Assembly (NCBI GenBank): GCA_964553045.1
Contig: CAZKJG010000003.1
Span: forward strand, 81,829-145,828
Length of the DNA: 64,000 nt
Source of the DNA: an uncultured bacterium
GTDB taxonomy: Bacteria > Fermentibacterota > Fermentibacteria > Fermentibacterales > JCC-6
Direction: 5' to 3'
The stretch's first letter is position 1. Every line of letters starts with the position of its first letter. Of this stretch, positions 54,653 through 64,000 are shown in pieces. Made by a program: the position numbers and the translations under genes. The notes beneath the pieces were generated by a model, which was given only the letters and a program-made list of their open reading frames with translations, was not told where the DNA came from and ran no database searches.

Positions 54653-56473
54653 ATGCTTATCTTCCTGCACATGATTGAGAGACTCAGGTGGCTCGCGGTT
54701 TCGGCCCTGCTGCTCGCGGCCGCGGGTCCGGCAACCGCTGCGGACTACGAAGAGCCCACCGTGGACTCCATATCGGTAACCGGGCACCTTCCCTTCGGCA
54801 GGGGCCGTCTCCTAGCGGGCACCGACCTCGAGGAGGGCACCTCCCTCTTCACGATAACCCGCGGTGAGGTCCGCGCGACTGTGATGTCCAACCTTGTGTC
54901 CCGGGGCTACCTGGAAGCCGAGGTCACAGTCACCTGGCCCTCCTGGCGCGACACCCTCTCGGTGGTCGCCGTGGACGTGAGGCCTGGGCTCCAGAGCCTC
55001 TTCGCAGGCCTGGTCCTGGGGGGCATCGACGTCTTTTCCCCCAAGAGGATCTCCCGCCTGTTCCCGCTGGAGGCCGCAGAGGTGATCACGCCCGAGATCC
55101 TGGCCGGCTTCGAGCAGTCGGTCAAGAACCTGTACCAGGAACATGGCTACGCGAGGGCCAGTGTCAGCGCCTACGTCTCCAGCGGCGATACGTCGGCGGT
55201 GGATTCCGGTCAGGTCCTGCGCACGGTGGAATGCCATGTGGAAGAGGGCCGGCGCCTGTACATGGGCAACGTGGACGTCAAAGGGCTTCAGACGGTACGC
55301 GAGCAGGTGGTGACCAGGGAGATACCGCTGGCCCTCGGCGATTCGTTGAACATGGTCCTGCTGAGGGAATCGGTGGGGGACATCTACTCCGTGGGCCTCT
55401 TCAGGGATGTCCGCTTCGAGTACCCGGGTCTCTCCGAGCAGTCCGACACCGTGGACATCAGGGTCATGGTGACGGAGAAGGACTACAGGAGAATCGACCT
55501 GGGTACCGGTTACCTCTCCCCCTACGCAGTGCTTGGAAGCGTCTACTGGGAGCATCCCAACATCTGGGGCAACAACCAGCGCCTGCGGATCGGGGCAACC
55601 TACAAGAGGTACGTGGGCACCGACGGCGGCGACGTGTTCGAGCCGGAGATGACATATACCGAGCCCTGGTTTCTCTCCACCAGATGGGAATGGAACCTGG
55701 GTCTGAGCTTCACATATTTCCAGCTGCCCTCCCTGGAGGAGAGGAGTCTTTCGGCCAGTACGGGACTGAAGCGCGACCTCACCCGGGATCTGGCGCTCAC
55801 CCTGGGGTACTCGCTCGAGAGGGACCGCATAAGGGCGGGCCTGGAAAGCGGCGGATACGAGGAGACCGACTGGACGACCAGCTCGCGGGTGTGGACCCGG
55901 CTGGCGCACGACACCAGGGACCCGCTGCTGGACCCGGTCCGGGGACACTACATCTCCGGACGGGCCGAGCTCTCGGGCGGACCGCTGGGCGGGCGGGACT
56001 TCTACAAGCTGGAGGGCGAGGCCCGGTTCATGAGAAGCCTGACCAGCAGCCTCGTGCTGGCCTGGCGGCTGAAGGGCGGAACCGTGTTTCCGTTCGGTGA
56101 GACCAGCATCGTCCCTCCGAAAGACCGATTCTACCTGGGCGGGAGCTCCACTGTCCGGGGCTACGGATTCCGGGACATCGGCCCGGAGGACGAGGACGGC
56201 AATCCGCTGGGAGGCAGGGTAGTGGCCCTGGGAAACGCCGAGACCCGCGTATCGGTCTGGGGCCCGGTGAGCACCGCCGTGTTCATCGACGTGGGCGGCC
56301 TGTGGCAGAGCACGGGTGAGATAGCGGCCGGCAGCACCGGTTTCGGGACCGGAATCGGCATCCGTGTCTCCACTCCGTTCGGCCCCATAAGGCTCGACTA
56401 CGGCTTCGCCCCCACCTGGCGAGAGAGTGTGCGCCGAGGCCGGGTCTACATAGCTCTGGGCCAGGCCTTCTGA
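54653..56473 (+). CDS. Omp85/BamA-TamA-family outer membrane protein
   Basis: POTRA-like repeats; beta-barrel with FYLGGSSTVRGY loop and C-terminal TPFGPIRLDYG...YIALGQAF. Confidence 0.88.
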   Translation: MLIFLHMIERLRWLAVSALLLAAAGPATAADYEEPTVDSISVTGHLPFGRGRLLAGTDLEEGTSLFTITRGEVRATVMSNLVSRGYLEAEVTVTWPSWRDTLSVVAVDVRPGLQSLFAGLVLGGIDVFSPKRISRLFPLEAAEVITPEILAGFEQSVKNLYQEHGYARASVSAYVSSGDTSAVDSGQVLRTVECHVEEGRRLYMGNVDVKGLQTVREQVVTREIPLALGDSLNMVLLRESVGDIYSVGLFRDVRFEYPGLSEQSDTVDIRVMVTEKDYRRIDLGTGYLSPYAVLGSVYWEHPNIWGNNQRLRIGATYKRYVGTDGGDVFEPEMTYTEPWFLSTRWEWNLGLSFTYFQLPSLEERSLSASTGLKRDLTRDLALTLGYSLERDRIRAGLESGGYEETDWTTSSRVWTRLAHDTRDPLLDPVRGHYISGRAELSGGPLGGRDFYKLEGEARFMRSLTSSLVLAWRLKGGTVFPFGETSIVPPKDRFYLGGSSTVRGYGFRDIGPEDEDGNPLGGRVVALGNAETRVSVWGPVSTAVFIDVGGLWQSTGEIAAGSTGFGTGIGIRVSTPFGPIRLDYGFAPTWRESVRRGRVYIALGQAF

Positions 56474-59400
56474 TGGCCGCCCGCACCGTGAGACGCAGGT
56501 TCCTTCCCCTGCTGGCGCTGGCCGGCCTGGCGGCGCTGCTTCTCAACCTGTACGTGTTCCTGGCCGCCGGATGGCTGGACAGCGCGGCTACGGCCATCGT
56601 GCACCGCCTCGCCTCCTCGGATACCCTCTCGGTTGGCGTCTACGGTCTGCGCAGCGACCTGTTCTGGAGCACGTCCGTGGATTCGGTGGTGGTGCGGGAC
56701 GACCTCGGCCTTGTGGTGCGGGTGGCCCCGGCCAGGGTGAGGGGAAGCGTTCCCGCATACCTGCTGGGCACGGGCCTGGACTCCATCGGGGCTGGCCGAC
56801 TGGAGGTGGCGGTGCCGGCTCCCTCTCCCGGGCGGGAGCCGGACTCGCTGGCCTGCATACTCGAGGACGTGCGGAGCGGTTTCGTCACCGCCACCGAACG
56901 ACTCACCCTGGACTACGGAGTGGTACACGACCGGGGAATCCCCATTGTGGACAGCATGTACATATCGACGTCCGTATCCATGGATGGAGGGGTAGGCCTG
57001 AAGGTGGAGAGCGTGGGCGCGCTGGTTCCGGGGATGGGGGCTCTGACCGGAAGCGGCAGCCTGGGCATGCGCGAGTGCCTGGCGTTTGCCGACAGCTTCA
57101 CCGTACATGCCGCGCCGGGCAGCCTTGCACTTTCCGGAGAGCTCAGGGGCGGGGATGAGGAGCTGGATCTGTCGTTCGCCGGCGCGGCCGGACCCGGCGT
57201 ACCGTGGCTCTCCTTCCCCCTCCAGGTCGCCTTCGAAGGCTCCGTTGTCGGCCCCCTCTCCTCACCGGAGCTGGTTCTCTCCGTGCCCGAGGCCCAGACC
57301 GCCCCGGACGGGGAGCGAATATCCTTCAGCATAGACACCCTGTACGTCTCGTCCGAATCAACCCGGGTGGAGGGGTTGCGCACCTCCAGATACGGCGTTT
57401 CCCTGTACGCCTCCGGCTCCATAAGGCTGGCCGACCTCTCCTGGAGCGTGCGGGGTGAGGCGGCTCTGGACAGGGCCGACCTTTCCCGGCTGGCGGATGT
57501 GCTGCCTTCGACTTCGCTGTCGGGCGCGGTATCGGTGGAGGCTTCCGGAAGCGGGACCGAACCGTCCGCGGCCAGCTTCTCCGCCATGCTATCGGGCGGA
57601 AGCGCCGGGCCCGTCACCGTGCACAGCGGAACGCTCAGCGGCGAGATTGGCCGAGGCTCGGCCACCGTCCGGGGGGTGCTGCATACTCCCCGCGGATCCG
57701 TGAGCCTCAGCGGTGGCGCCGTGCTTGCCGGGGGGATGGAGCCCGTATCCTACCGGGGTAACGTCTCCGGAGCCCTCTCCGGCAGCAGCATACTGGATGA
57801 CCTCGCCGCCGAGCTGCCGGTTCCCAGGGTGAGCGGCGTTTCCTTCGATATCGGGGTGGATGGAGACAGGCGGCGGATGCTGGCAGAGGGCTCTTTCTCC
57901 GTGGCCTCGGCCGGGATCGACAGCATGGTGGTCGAAGATGTGAGATTCGGCGGCAGGACGGGCATAGAGTTTTCGGGGCCGGTCAGCGCCGCCGGCAGCC
58001 TGCAGGTGGGGTCCCTGGAGCTTTCGGGTATGGGCGCGGCGGGCATAACCTACACCGGAAGCTTCATCTCGGGACGGGGCGAGTACCCGGAGGCGGACGG
58101 GGCTCTTCGGGTAGACAGCCTTCGATCGGCCGGAATCCGCGCCTCGCTTTCGGCGGGAGTGGGGCTGGCCGGCGGCACACTGAGCATGAACGACCTGGAG
58201 ATACTTACCTACGGAGGCTACCGCACATCGGCCGACCTGTCCGTCGACCTCGGCGACACCCTGGGGTTCTACGGGGAGAGCCTCGCCGTGGTTCGCAGCA
58301 AGCTCCGACTCATCTCCGGGGGAGGACTGGCCGGTTCCTGGTGGAAGGAAGGTCTGGCCCTGGACTCACTCTGGCTGTCCACCCCACACGGACGGATCGG
58401 AGGGCGGGCCCTCTTAGGGGGCAGCGGCGACAGCCTCGATGCCGATTTCAGCTTCGAGAGGATGGACCTGGCATCCATATCCGGCCTGCTCTTCCCATCG
58501 GGAGGATTCTCGGGCGTGGGCAGCCTGGAGCTCTCGGCCTCGGGCACACTCGGCAGTCCCCGCGGATACATCCGCGGCCGGGTGGTGGGACCGGCGTGGG
58601 GCCCCTACCTGGCGGACAGCCTTACCGTGGACGTCGTCCTCGGAGACTCCGCGCTCACGGTGGAAGGGATCTACTCCTGGTCCGACGGGATAAGGTCGGG
58701 GATACGGGGGGCCATCAGGCCTTTCTGGACAGACGGAGCTTCCTCGCCGGGTCTCTCGGACATTTTCTGGGCCGAGGTGGAGCTGACGGAGATAGGCGAC
58801 TGGCTGTTCTACGCCCTTCCCATACCGGTGCGCACCAGGGGGGCCACCGTGTCCGCCAACGCGGAATACACCCGCAACGAGGCGGGGGAGCCCGACTTCG
58901 ACATGCAGGTGGTTGCCACCGCCCGGGAGATGATAATCACGGCCATCAACCAGCACCTGCCCAACGTCTCGCTGAACATCCTCTACAGCTACCCCACCAC
59001 CCAGCAGTACTCCACCCGCATGTCGCTGACCTCGGGAGCCGAGGGGATGGGGAAGGTCACCGCCCAGACCATGTTCAAGGTGCTCCGTCACTTCCCCACG
59101 CCGGAGATCGGGAGCTACTACTTCAGAACGACCCTGGACGACTACCGGGTGGTCCTGGGACGCTATGCCAGCATGTCGCTTGACGGCGAGATCAGCGCTT
59201 CGGGGGAGGGGATGGAGGAGCGGCCGCTCCTGGAGGGTGACGTGAGCATAGCCGGGGGTTATCTGGGCATGCCTCCCCCTGACAAGGGCGACGGATCCTC
59301 CGCCGGGACCCCGACGGAGCTTCCCTTCGACGTGCTGGTGCGGATCACCAGCAGCCGGGGACTGTGGTTCCGCAGCTCAATGGCCGACCTGGAGCTCACG

Positions 59401-60081
59401 GCGGACCTGATGGTGCTGACCCAGGAGCGGGTACCGACGGTGAACGGAGAGCTCAGCGTATCCCGGGGTAACGTGTACATACTGCAGAAGGACTTCCGTA
59501 TCACAGAGGGTCGGGTGGCCATAAGGCCGGGACTGCCCCCCGTCCTGGAGCTGGACATCATCGCCGAGACTTCCATTCGCGGCATCATGGACCAGTCCAT
59601 GTACACCATAACCGTCAGGATCACCGGTCCGCCCGATTCTCCCGACATTGTCCTCTCGGGATCCGGACCGGAGGGGGAGCTGTCCCAGGAGGACATACTC
59701 TCGCTTCTGGCGACCGGCCTGACCTACGGCCAGCTGCAGCAGGTTGACACGGGCGCCCTGGGCACCGGCCTCGAGGACATAGCGCAGGGCTACATCGGCA
59801 AGCTGCTGGCCCGAAGCCTGCGTGACGACATGGGCCTGGACGCCTTCAGCCTGAGCCCGGAGCTGCTCTCGGACACCACCAGCTTCCGGTTCAACGTGGG
59901 CAAGTACATACTGCCGGAGCTGTTCGTCTCCTACGAGGGTGACGTGCTCTCCTCCGAGCCCGGGACGGTTAGCGCCCAGTACTTCATAAGCGAGGACGTC
60001 TACCTGCAGGGAAGCACGAAATCCACGGTTCACGGCGACCAGGAGCCCTCACTGGAGCTGCACTACACCTTCAGCTACTGA
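56473..60081 (+). CDS. Translocation/assembly module TamB-like protein
   Basis: N-terminal TM anchor, long beta-rich region, C-terminal DUF490-like segment (G...SPDIVLS...LSQEDILSLL...NVGKY); coupled to the Omp85 gene. Confidence 0.8.
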   Translation: MAARTVRRRFLPLLALAGLAALLLNLYVFLAAGWLDSAATAIVHRLASSDTLSVGVYGLRSDLFWSTSVDSVVVRDDLGLVVRVAPARVRGSVPAYLLGTGLDSIGAGRLEVAVPAPSPGREPDSLACILEDVRSGFVTATERLTLDYGVVHDRGIPIVDSMYISTSVSMDGGVGLKVESVGALVPGMGALTGSGSLGMRECLAFADSFTVHAAPGSLALSGELRGGDEELDLSFAGAAGPGVPWLSFPLQVAFEGSVVGPLSSPELVLSVPEAQTAPDGERISFSIDTLYVSSESTRVEGLRTSRYGVSLYASGSIRLADLSWSVRGEAALDRADLSRLADVLPSTSLSGAVSVEASGSGTEPSAASFSAMLSGGSAGPVTVHSGTLSGEIGRGSATVRGVLHTPRGSVSLSGGAVLAGGMEPVSYRGNVSGALSGSSILDDLAAELPVPRVSGVSFDIGVDGDRRRMLAEGSFSVASAGIDSMVVEDVRFGGRTGIEFSGPVSAAGSLQVGSLELSGMGAAGITYTGSFISGRGEYPEADGALRVDSLRSAGIRASLSAGVGLAGGTLSMNDLEILTYGGYRTSADLSVDLGDTLGFYGESLAVVRSKLRLISGGGLAGSWWKEGLALDSLWLSTPHGRIGGRALLGGSGDSLDADFSFERMDLASISGLLFPSGGFSGVGSLELSASGTLGSPRGYIRGRVVGPAWGPYLADSLTVDVVLGDSALTVEGIYSWSDGIRSGIRGAIRPFWTDGASSPGLSDIFWAEVELTEIGDWLFYALPIPVRTRGATVSANAEYTRNEAGEPDFDMQVVATAREMIITAINQHLPNVSLNILYSYPTTQQYSTRMSLTSGAEGMGKVTAQTMFKVLRHFPTPEIGSYYFRTTLDDYRVVLGRYASMSLDGEISASGEGMEERPLLEGDVSIAGGYLGMPPPDKGDGSSAGTPTELPFDVLVRITSSRGLWFRSSMADLELTADLMVLTQERVPTVNGELSVSRGNVYILQKDFRITEGRVAIRPGLPPVLELDIIAETSIRGIMDQSMYTITVRITGPPDSPDIVLSGSGPEGELSQEDILSLLATGLTYGQLQQVDTGALGTGLEDIAQGYIGKLLARSLRDDMGLDAFSLSPELLSDTTSFRFNVGKYILPELFVSYEGDVLSSEPGTVSAQYFISEDVYLQGSTKSTVHGDQEPSLELHYTFSY

Positions 60082-60092
60082 TCGGCGCGCGC

Positions 60093-60479
60093 CTACCGCT
60101 CCTCGGACGGGTACTTCTGCTTCTCCGGGATGACGCCCCGAACGCCCCCGGTGGGGTCCGGCACGTCCCGGTCGTAGCGGGGGATCAGGTGCACGTGAGC
60201 GTGGGGTATGGTCTGCCCGGCGGCCCTGCCGTCGTTGATCCCTATGTTGAATCCGTTGACGGTCAGAGTCCTGGCCAGCTGCTCACGGCGCGCCTCCAGG
60301 GCCCGGATTATGGACCTGAGCTCGTCTTCGGTGGCCTCGAAGATGCTCTCGAAGTGCCTGTAGGGCACCACGAGGGAGTGTGACGGCGAGACGGGATAGC
60401 GATCGCGGATGACGTAGACATTTTCGTCCCTCCAGAGGATGTCCCCCGAATCCGGGTTGCAGAACGGGCAGTTGGTCAC
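60093..60479 (-). CDS. HIT-family nucleotide hydrolase
   Basis: CPFC, YPVSPSHSLVVP, FNIGIN..AAGQTIPHAHVHLIPR. Confidence 0.93.
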   Translation of the reverse strand: MTNCPFCNPDSGDILWRDENVYVIRDRYPVSPSHSLVVPYRHFESIFEATEDELRSIIRALEARREQLARTLTVNGFNIGINDGRAAGQTIPHAHVHLIPRYDRDVPDPTGGVRGVIPEKQKYPSEER

Positions 60480-60524
60480 GTCGGCACCTCCTTTTCCTGT
60501 GTTGATTCAACCATAGTAGGCACC

Positions 60525-61163
60525 ATGTTGTCAAGAGAAGGCTCGCAGGACGGATCCGTCAGCGACTTCTCGGGGCTCTCCCCCGGGCTGTGGTGTGCGC
60601 CCGACGCCGAGTTCTTCTCGCGGGACGCCGTGACCCTTGCCGAAAGCCTGCTGGGCTGCCTTCTCCGAAGCGAAAGCGCCGAAGGGTGCGTCTCCGGCGT
60701 GATCGTGGAGACCGAGGCCTATACCGAGGGGGACACGGCCTCCCATTCCCACGGCGGCGCCACCGCCCGCAATCGGCCCATGTTCGGCCCGGGGGGCCTG
60801 GCCTACGTCTACCTGATCTACGGGATGCATCACTGCTTCAACGTTACCTCCGGCCCCGCCGGAAGGGGGGAGGCGGTTCTGGTTCGGGCGCTTCAGCCCC
60901 TGGAGGGGGTGCGAATGATGGAGGAGCGAAGGGAAGGCCGCGGCGGGCGGGAGCTGTGCAACGGCCCGGGGAAGCTCTGCAGAGCAATGGGAATAAACCT
61001 GCAGCACAGCGGCCACGATCTGCGCAAGCCGCCGCTGCGGGTGCTGTTGCCGGCTACCCGGCTGCCGCTGCAGGTGGATGTCTCCACCCGCATAGGCATC
61101 AGTCGGGATGCCCATCTGAAGCGGAGATTCACCCTGGCCGGCTCGGACTACCTGTCGCGCTGA
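60525..61163 (+). CDS. mpg: DNA-3-methyladenine glycosylase (MPG/AAG family)
   Basis: IVETEAY, YVYLIYGMHHCFN, AVLVRAL, NGPGKL, RIGIS. Confidence 0.92.
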   Translation: MLSREGSQDGSVSDFSGLSPGLWCAPDAEFFSRDAVTLAESLLGCLLRSESAEGCVSGVIVETEAYTEGDTASHSHGGATARNRPMFGPGGLAYVYLIYGMHHCFNVTSGPAGRGEAVLVRALQPLEGVRMMEERREGRGGRELCNGPGKLCRAMGINLQHSGHDLRKPPLRVLLPATRLPLQVDVSTRIGISRDAHLKRRFTLAGSDYLSR

Positions 61164-64000
61164 TCGAGCTCCCTGCGGGCTATTCCCAGGTACTTGCGAA
61201 CCGTCTTCGGGTCGCAGTCCAGTACCTGTGCCGCCCTCGTTCGGTTGCCGTCCAGCTCCTCCACCACCCTCCGCACGTGTCTCGCCGTTGCCGTTCGGAT
61301 GGTCTCCAGCCGTCCCTCAGCCCCTTCGGGCCGCAACTCGGATATGCTTACGTGCCTTCTGTGGATGTCACCGCCGCCGGACAGGGCCAGCGCCCTCTGC
61401 ATTACGTTCCTCAGCTCCCGAACGTTGCCCGGCCAGGCGTGCGTCTCCAGGGCCCGCAGCGCCCCCGCCGTGATCTCGACCGGCTCGGCATCCACCGCCT
61501 GCCGCAGGAAGTGCCTCGCAAGCAGCGGAATGTCGCCCCTCCTTTCCCGCAGCGGCGGCAGCTCTATGACCATTACGGCGATTCGGTAGTAGAGATCGTC
61601 ACGGAAGTCGCCCCGGGCGACGGCCCTGAGAAGGTCGCGGTTGGTGGCGGCCACCAGACGGAAGGACGACTCCCGCTCCCGGTTCTCGCCCAGCCGGCGG
61701 AACCTTCCCGTATCCAGGGCCCGCAGCAGCTTCACCTGAAGCGGCCCGGTCAGATTTCCGATCTCGTCGAGGAACAGCGTCCCGCCGCAGGCCTCCTCGA
61801 TGAGGCCCTTCCTGTCTTCGCGCAGACCGGTGTAGGCCCCCTTCCTCGCGCCGAAGAGCTCGGATTCCAGCAGTTCGGATGGAATGGCGCCGCAGTCCAC
61901 AGGAACGAAGGGGCCCTCCGTATTCCGGCCTCTGTGTATGGCCCGGGCGGCCAGCTCCTTTCCGGTGCCGGTCTCGCCCAGCAGGAGCACGGGCACCGCG
62001 CAGCCGATTGCCCGGTCGAGGGCGGCCCGCAGGGCGTCCATGGACTCCGAGCCTCCCACCAACCCGGGGTAGCCCTCTCCCCCCGGTGCCGCCTCCCGGG
62101 CCTCGGCCGTGGAGCTGGCCAGCGCCGCGATCAGTGTGCCGACCTCCTTCAGGCCGGGCAGGGGCGAGCTCGCGTACAACGGAGGGTCCTGCGAGAGAAC
62201 CGCTTCACATCCCTCCCTGCGGACCGAGTCCAGCTGCCCGATGCCCAGGGAGTCCGCCAGCTCCTGCAGGGGAGCCCCCGCGGCCAGCCTTCTGCCGGCC
62301 CAGAGGGATACCTCCTTGAGGATTCGCGATTTTGCCCGCTCCGAAGACCCGGCCGGCTCGGAGAATCCGCCGCAGATCCTGCTCAGGCCCTTGGCCTCAC
62401 CCTCGGGCAGCTGCCGGGTGAGGTCGGTCAGCGCCTCCCGAAGCCTGGCCGCCAGGGCGGGGGACGGTTCGGGTACGCTGCGGGACGCCGCCAGGGCCTC
62501 CAGCGGCGCGGGAAGATCGAGCAGCCTTTCCAGGGCCTCCGGGTCGCCGTGCTGCAGCACCGCCGCCCTCAGCTCCTCCGGGACCAGGCCCAGCTCGCCT
62601 GCTTCCAGCCTCAGGTCCTCCGCCGGCCCCCGGTCCCCGGCCGTCAGCAGCTCCAGGTCGCACATCAGTTGCAGATGACGGTCTCCCAGCAATCCCGCCC
62701 GGTCCCTGGCCCTTCGCATGGTGTCTACTCCCTCCTCCCGGCGGCCGGCCTGTACGGTCAGGACTCCGGCGTACATGGCGCTGAGGGCCTGATGAAGGGG
62801 GTTGTGCTCCGCCGCCGCCATCTCCGCCGACCTCCTCGCAAAGGGGAGCCCAGCCTCGCCCCTGCCCAGGAGCACCGCTCTATAGGCGAGCAGCATCTGT
62901 TCCATTCTGGGCATGGTGCCCCTGGATGTGCGCATGGCCGCCAGCATCCGGTCCCATATGCCGTCGGCCTCCTGCAGCCGGCCTATTCGAAGCAGAAGAA
63001 CGTACAGGTCAACGTGCGGGGGCCGCTCGGAGGAGGCCGAGGCCGCGTCGAAGAGAGAGGCCGCCATGCGGTAGTCGCCGAGAGCGTCGGGCCATTCACC
63101 CAGTACCTCGCGGGTCCTGCCCCGGGTGAGAAGGCTCTCCACCAGGGTCTCTCCTCCGCCCGGGGAGCCGGCGGCTCCAACGGCCCTGTCGGCCCGCTCC
63201 AGGGCCTCGGAGTACCTGCCCAGCCGCATGTATATCCTGGCCTGGGCGCACTGGACCTCCGGGGATGAACCCGAGGCGCCCCCGGCCGCCCTTCGAAGCG
63301 GCCCGATGGCCTCGGCCGGCCTTCCCAGGGAGTCAAGGAGATCGGCCAGGGCCACGGCGCACCGGGCCGAACGGCCCTCCCGAAGGAGTTGCTCGGCTTC
63401 CGCCGGAGCGTCCGCCGACACCCTGGCCCTGGCCAGAAGGCAGCGAGCGCGGTCGCTGGGGTCGTCCTCGAAGGCCCGCCGAAGAAGCGGAGAGGCCTCG
63501 TCGGCATCTCCGAGGCCCAGCAGCGCCTGGCCCCGAAGAAGGGCCGCATGCTCGGGCAGCAGCCTCAGGGCCTCACGCCAGCGGCCCAGCCTTATCAGGC
63601 TGGCGGCTACCGGAAGTGCGTCTTCGTCCTCTGGAGACAGGGAGTCGGCGAGGGAGGCGGCAACCCTGTCCGCCCCCATGGCGTGCAGCCGGGCCGCCTC
63701 GGGCAACTCGGCCGCCTGCGGGCCGGCCGTCGCGCCGGCGCAGCGGATCCTGGGCCCGTACCAGGACGGTTCGGGCTGTCCGCAGTCCTTCGGGCCGCCC
63801 TCACAATGCTCCAGCGGGATGTCGTCCGCCTCGCCGGGCTCACCTTCCAGCCTGATGGTCCGGGGTGGGGCGCAGGGCAGGAAGCCCGGCGTCTCCGGTG
63901 CGCAGACCAGCAGCCTCAGACCCGGGGGCGGAAGCATGGCCAGGCGCTTCAGCAGGGCGGCCAGATCCGTCGATGCCCGGTGGGCGTCGTCGATGACCAG
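61148..64000 (-). CDS. Large sigma54-type AAA+ transcriptional regulator with TPR-like repeats, 5' end beyond the window
   Basis: GETGTGKE, DCGAIP, ESELFG, GAYTGL, FLDEIG, LYYRI, WPGNVREL, C-terminal HTH. The frame stays open to base 64000 (LVIDDAHRA...). Confidence 0.88.
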   Translation of the reverse strand: MVIDDAHRASTDLAALLKRLAMLPPPGLRLLVCAPETPGFLPCAPPRTIRLEGEPGEADDIPLEHCEGGPKDCGQPEPSWYGPRIRCAGATAGPQAAELPEAARLHAMGADRVAASLADSLSPEDEDALPVAASLIRLGRWREALRLLPEHAALLRGQALLGLGDADEASPLLRRAFEDDPSDRARCLLARARVSADAPAEAEQLLREGRSARCAVALADLLDSLGRPAEAIGPLRRAAGGASGSSPEVQCAQARIYMRLGRYSEALERADRAVGAAGSPGGGETLVESLLTRGRTREVLGEWPDALGDYRMAASLFDAASASSERPPHVDLYVLLLRIGRLQEADGIWDRMLAAMRTSRGTMPRMEQMLLAYRAVLLGRGEAGLPFARRSAEMAAAEHNPLHQALSAMYAGVLTVQAGRREEGVDTMRRARDRAGLLGDRHLQLMCDLELLTAGDRGPAEDLRLEAGELGLVPEELRAAVLQHGDPEALERLLDLPAPLEALAASRSVPEPSPALAARLREALTDLTRQLPEGEAKGLSRICGGFSEPAGSSERAKSRILKEVSLWAGRRLAAGAPLQELADSLGIGQLDSVRREGCEAVLSQDPPLYASSPLPGLKEVGTLIAALASSTAEAREAAPGGEGYPGLVGGSESMDALRAALDRAIGCAVPVLLLGETGTGKELAARAIHRGRNTEGPFVPVDCGAIPSELLESELFGARKGAYTGLREDRKGLIEEACGGTLFLDEIGNLTGPLQVKLLRALDTGRFRRLGENRERESSFRLVAATNRDLLRAVARGDFRDDLYYRIAVMVIELPPLRERRGDIPLLARHFLRQAVDAEPVEITAGALRALETHAWPGNVRELRNVMQRALALSGGGDIHRRHVSISELRPEGAEGRLETIRTATARHVRRVVEELDGNRTRAAQVLDCDPKTVRKYLGIARRELDQRDR

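Noticed and set aside
1-64000. Many long overlapping or antisense ORFs in the track (e.g. 2547..3584, 17641..19899, 39992..42190, 60590..63268)
   Set aside because: They overlap well-supported genes, are low-complexity Arg/Gly/Pro/Ala-rich or mirror-frame, and carry no family motifs; expected shadows in GC-rich DNA.
1-64000. CRISPR arrays, tRNA, rRNA, IS elements, prophage or defence genes
   Set aside because: No regularly spaced repeats, cloverleaf or rRNA signatures, or transposase, integrase or phage motifs were seen by eye.

Overview
A GC-rich bacterial chromosomal segment (about two-thirds G+C by eye) with tightly packed, often translationally coupled genes. Housekeeping genes include proS, panB, purD, purE, tsaC, nrdJ, deoB, cdd, rqcH, yicC, dnaB, radA, ispDF, glgA, fabD, tamA/tamB-like genes and mpg. 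Four secreted proteins end in a T9SS type A/FlgD-like Ig tail. Together with diderm genes (TolC, Omp85, LpxH-like), this suggests an FCB-superphylum organism outside Bacteroidota, possibly Ca. Fermentibacterota; the taxonomy is inference only. No CRISPR array, tRNA, rRNA, transposase or integrase was seen. Most notable: (1) a minus-strand envelope glycosylation locus (17.7-25.0 kb, plus GT2 and lpxH-like genes at 27.0-28.7 kb) with an in-frame fusion of a UPF0104/LPG-synthase-type membrane domain to a radical SAM enzyme with a twitch/SPASM-type tail; (2) a guanylate kinase-CoaB fusion where rpoZ and the CoaC domain are absent; (3) a ThiD-Nudix fusion; (4) a ~164-nt 6S-like RNA between divergent sigma70-type promoters; (5) a SigH/RshA-like ECF/anti-sigma operon divergent from an NrdR-boxed nrdJ; (6) a stand-alone DnaJ-type zinc finger; (7) a lower-GC islet with a disrupted secreted-protein gene. 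Most other ORFs in the supplied track are GC-driven shadow ORFs. All family assignments come from motif recognition by eye; no searches were run.
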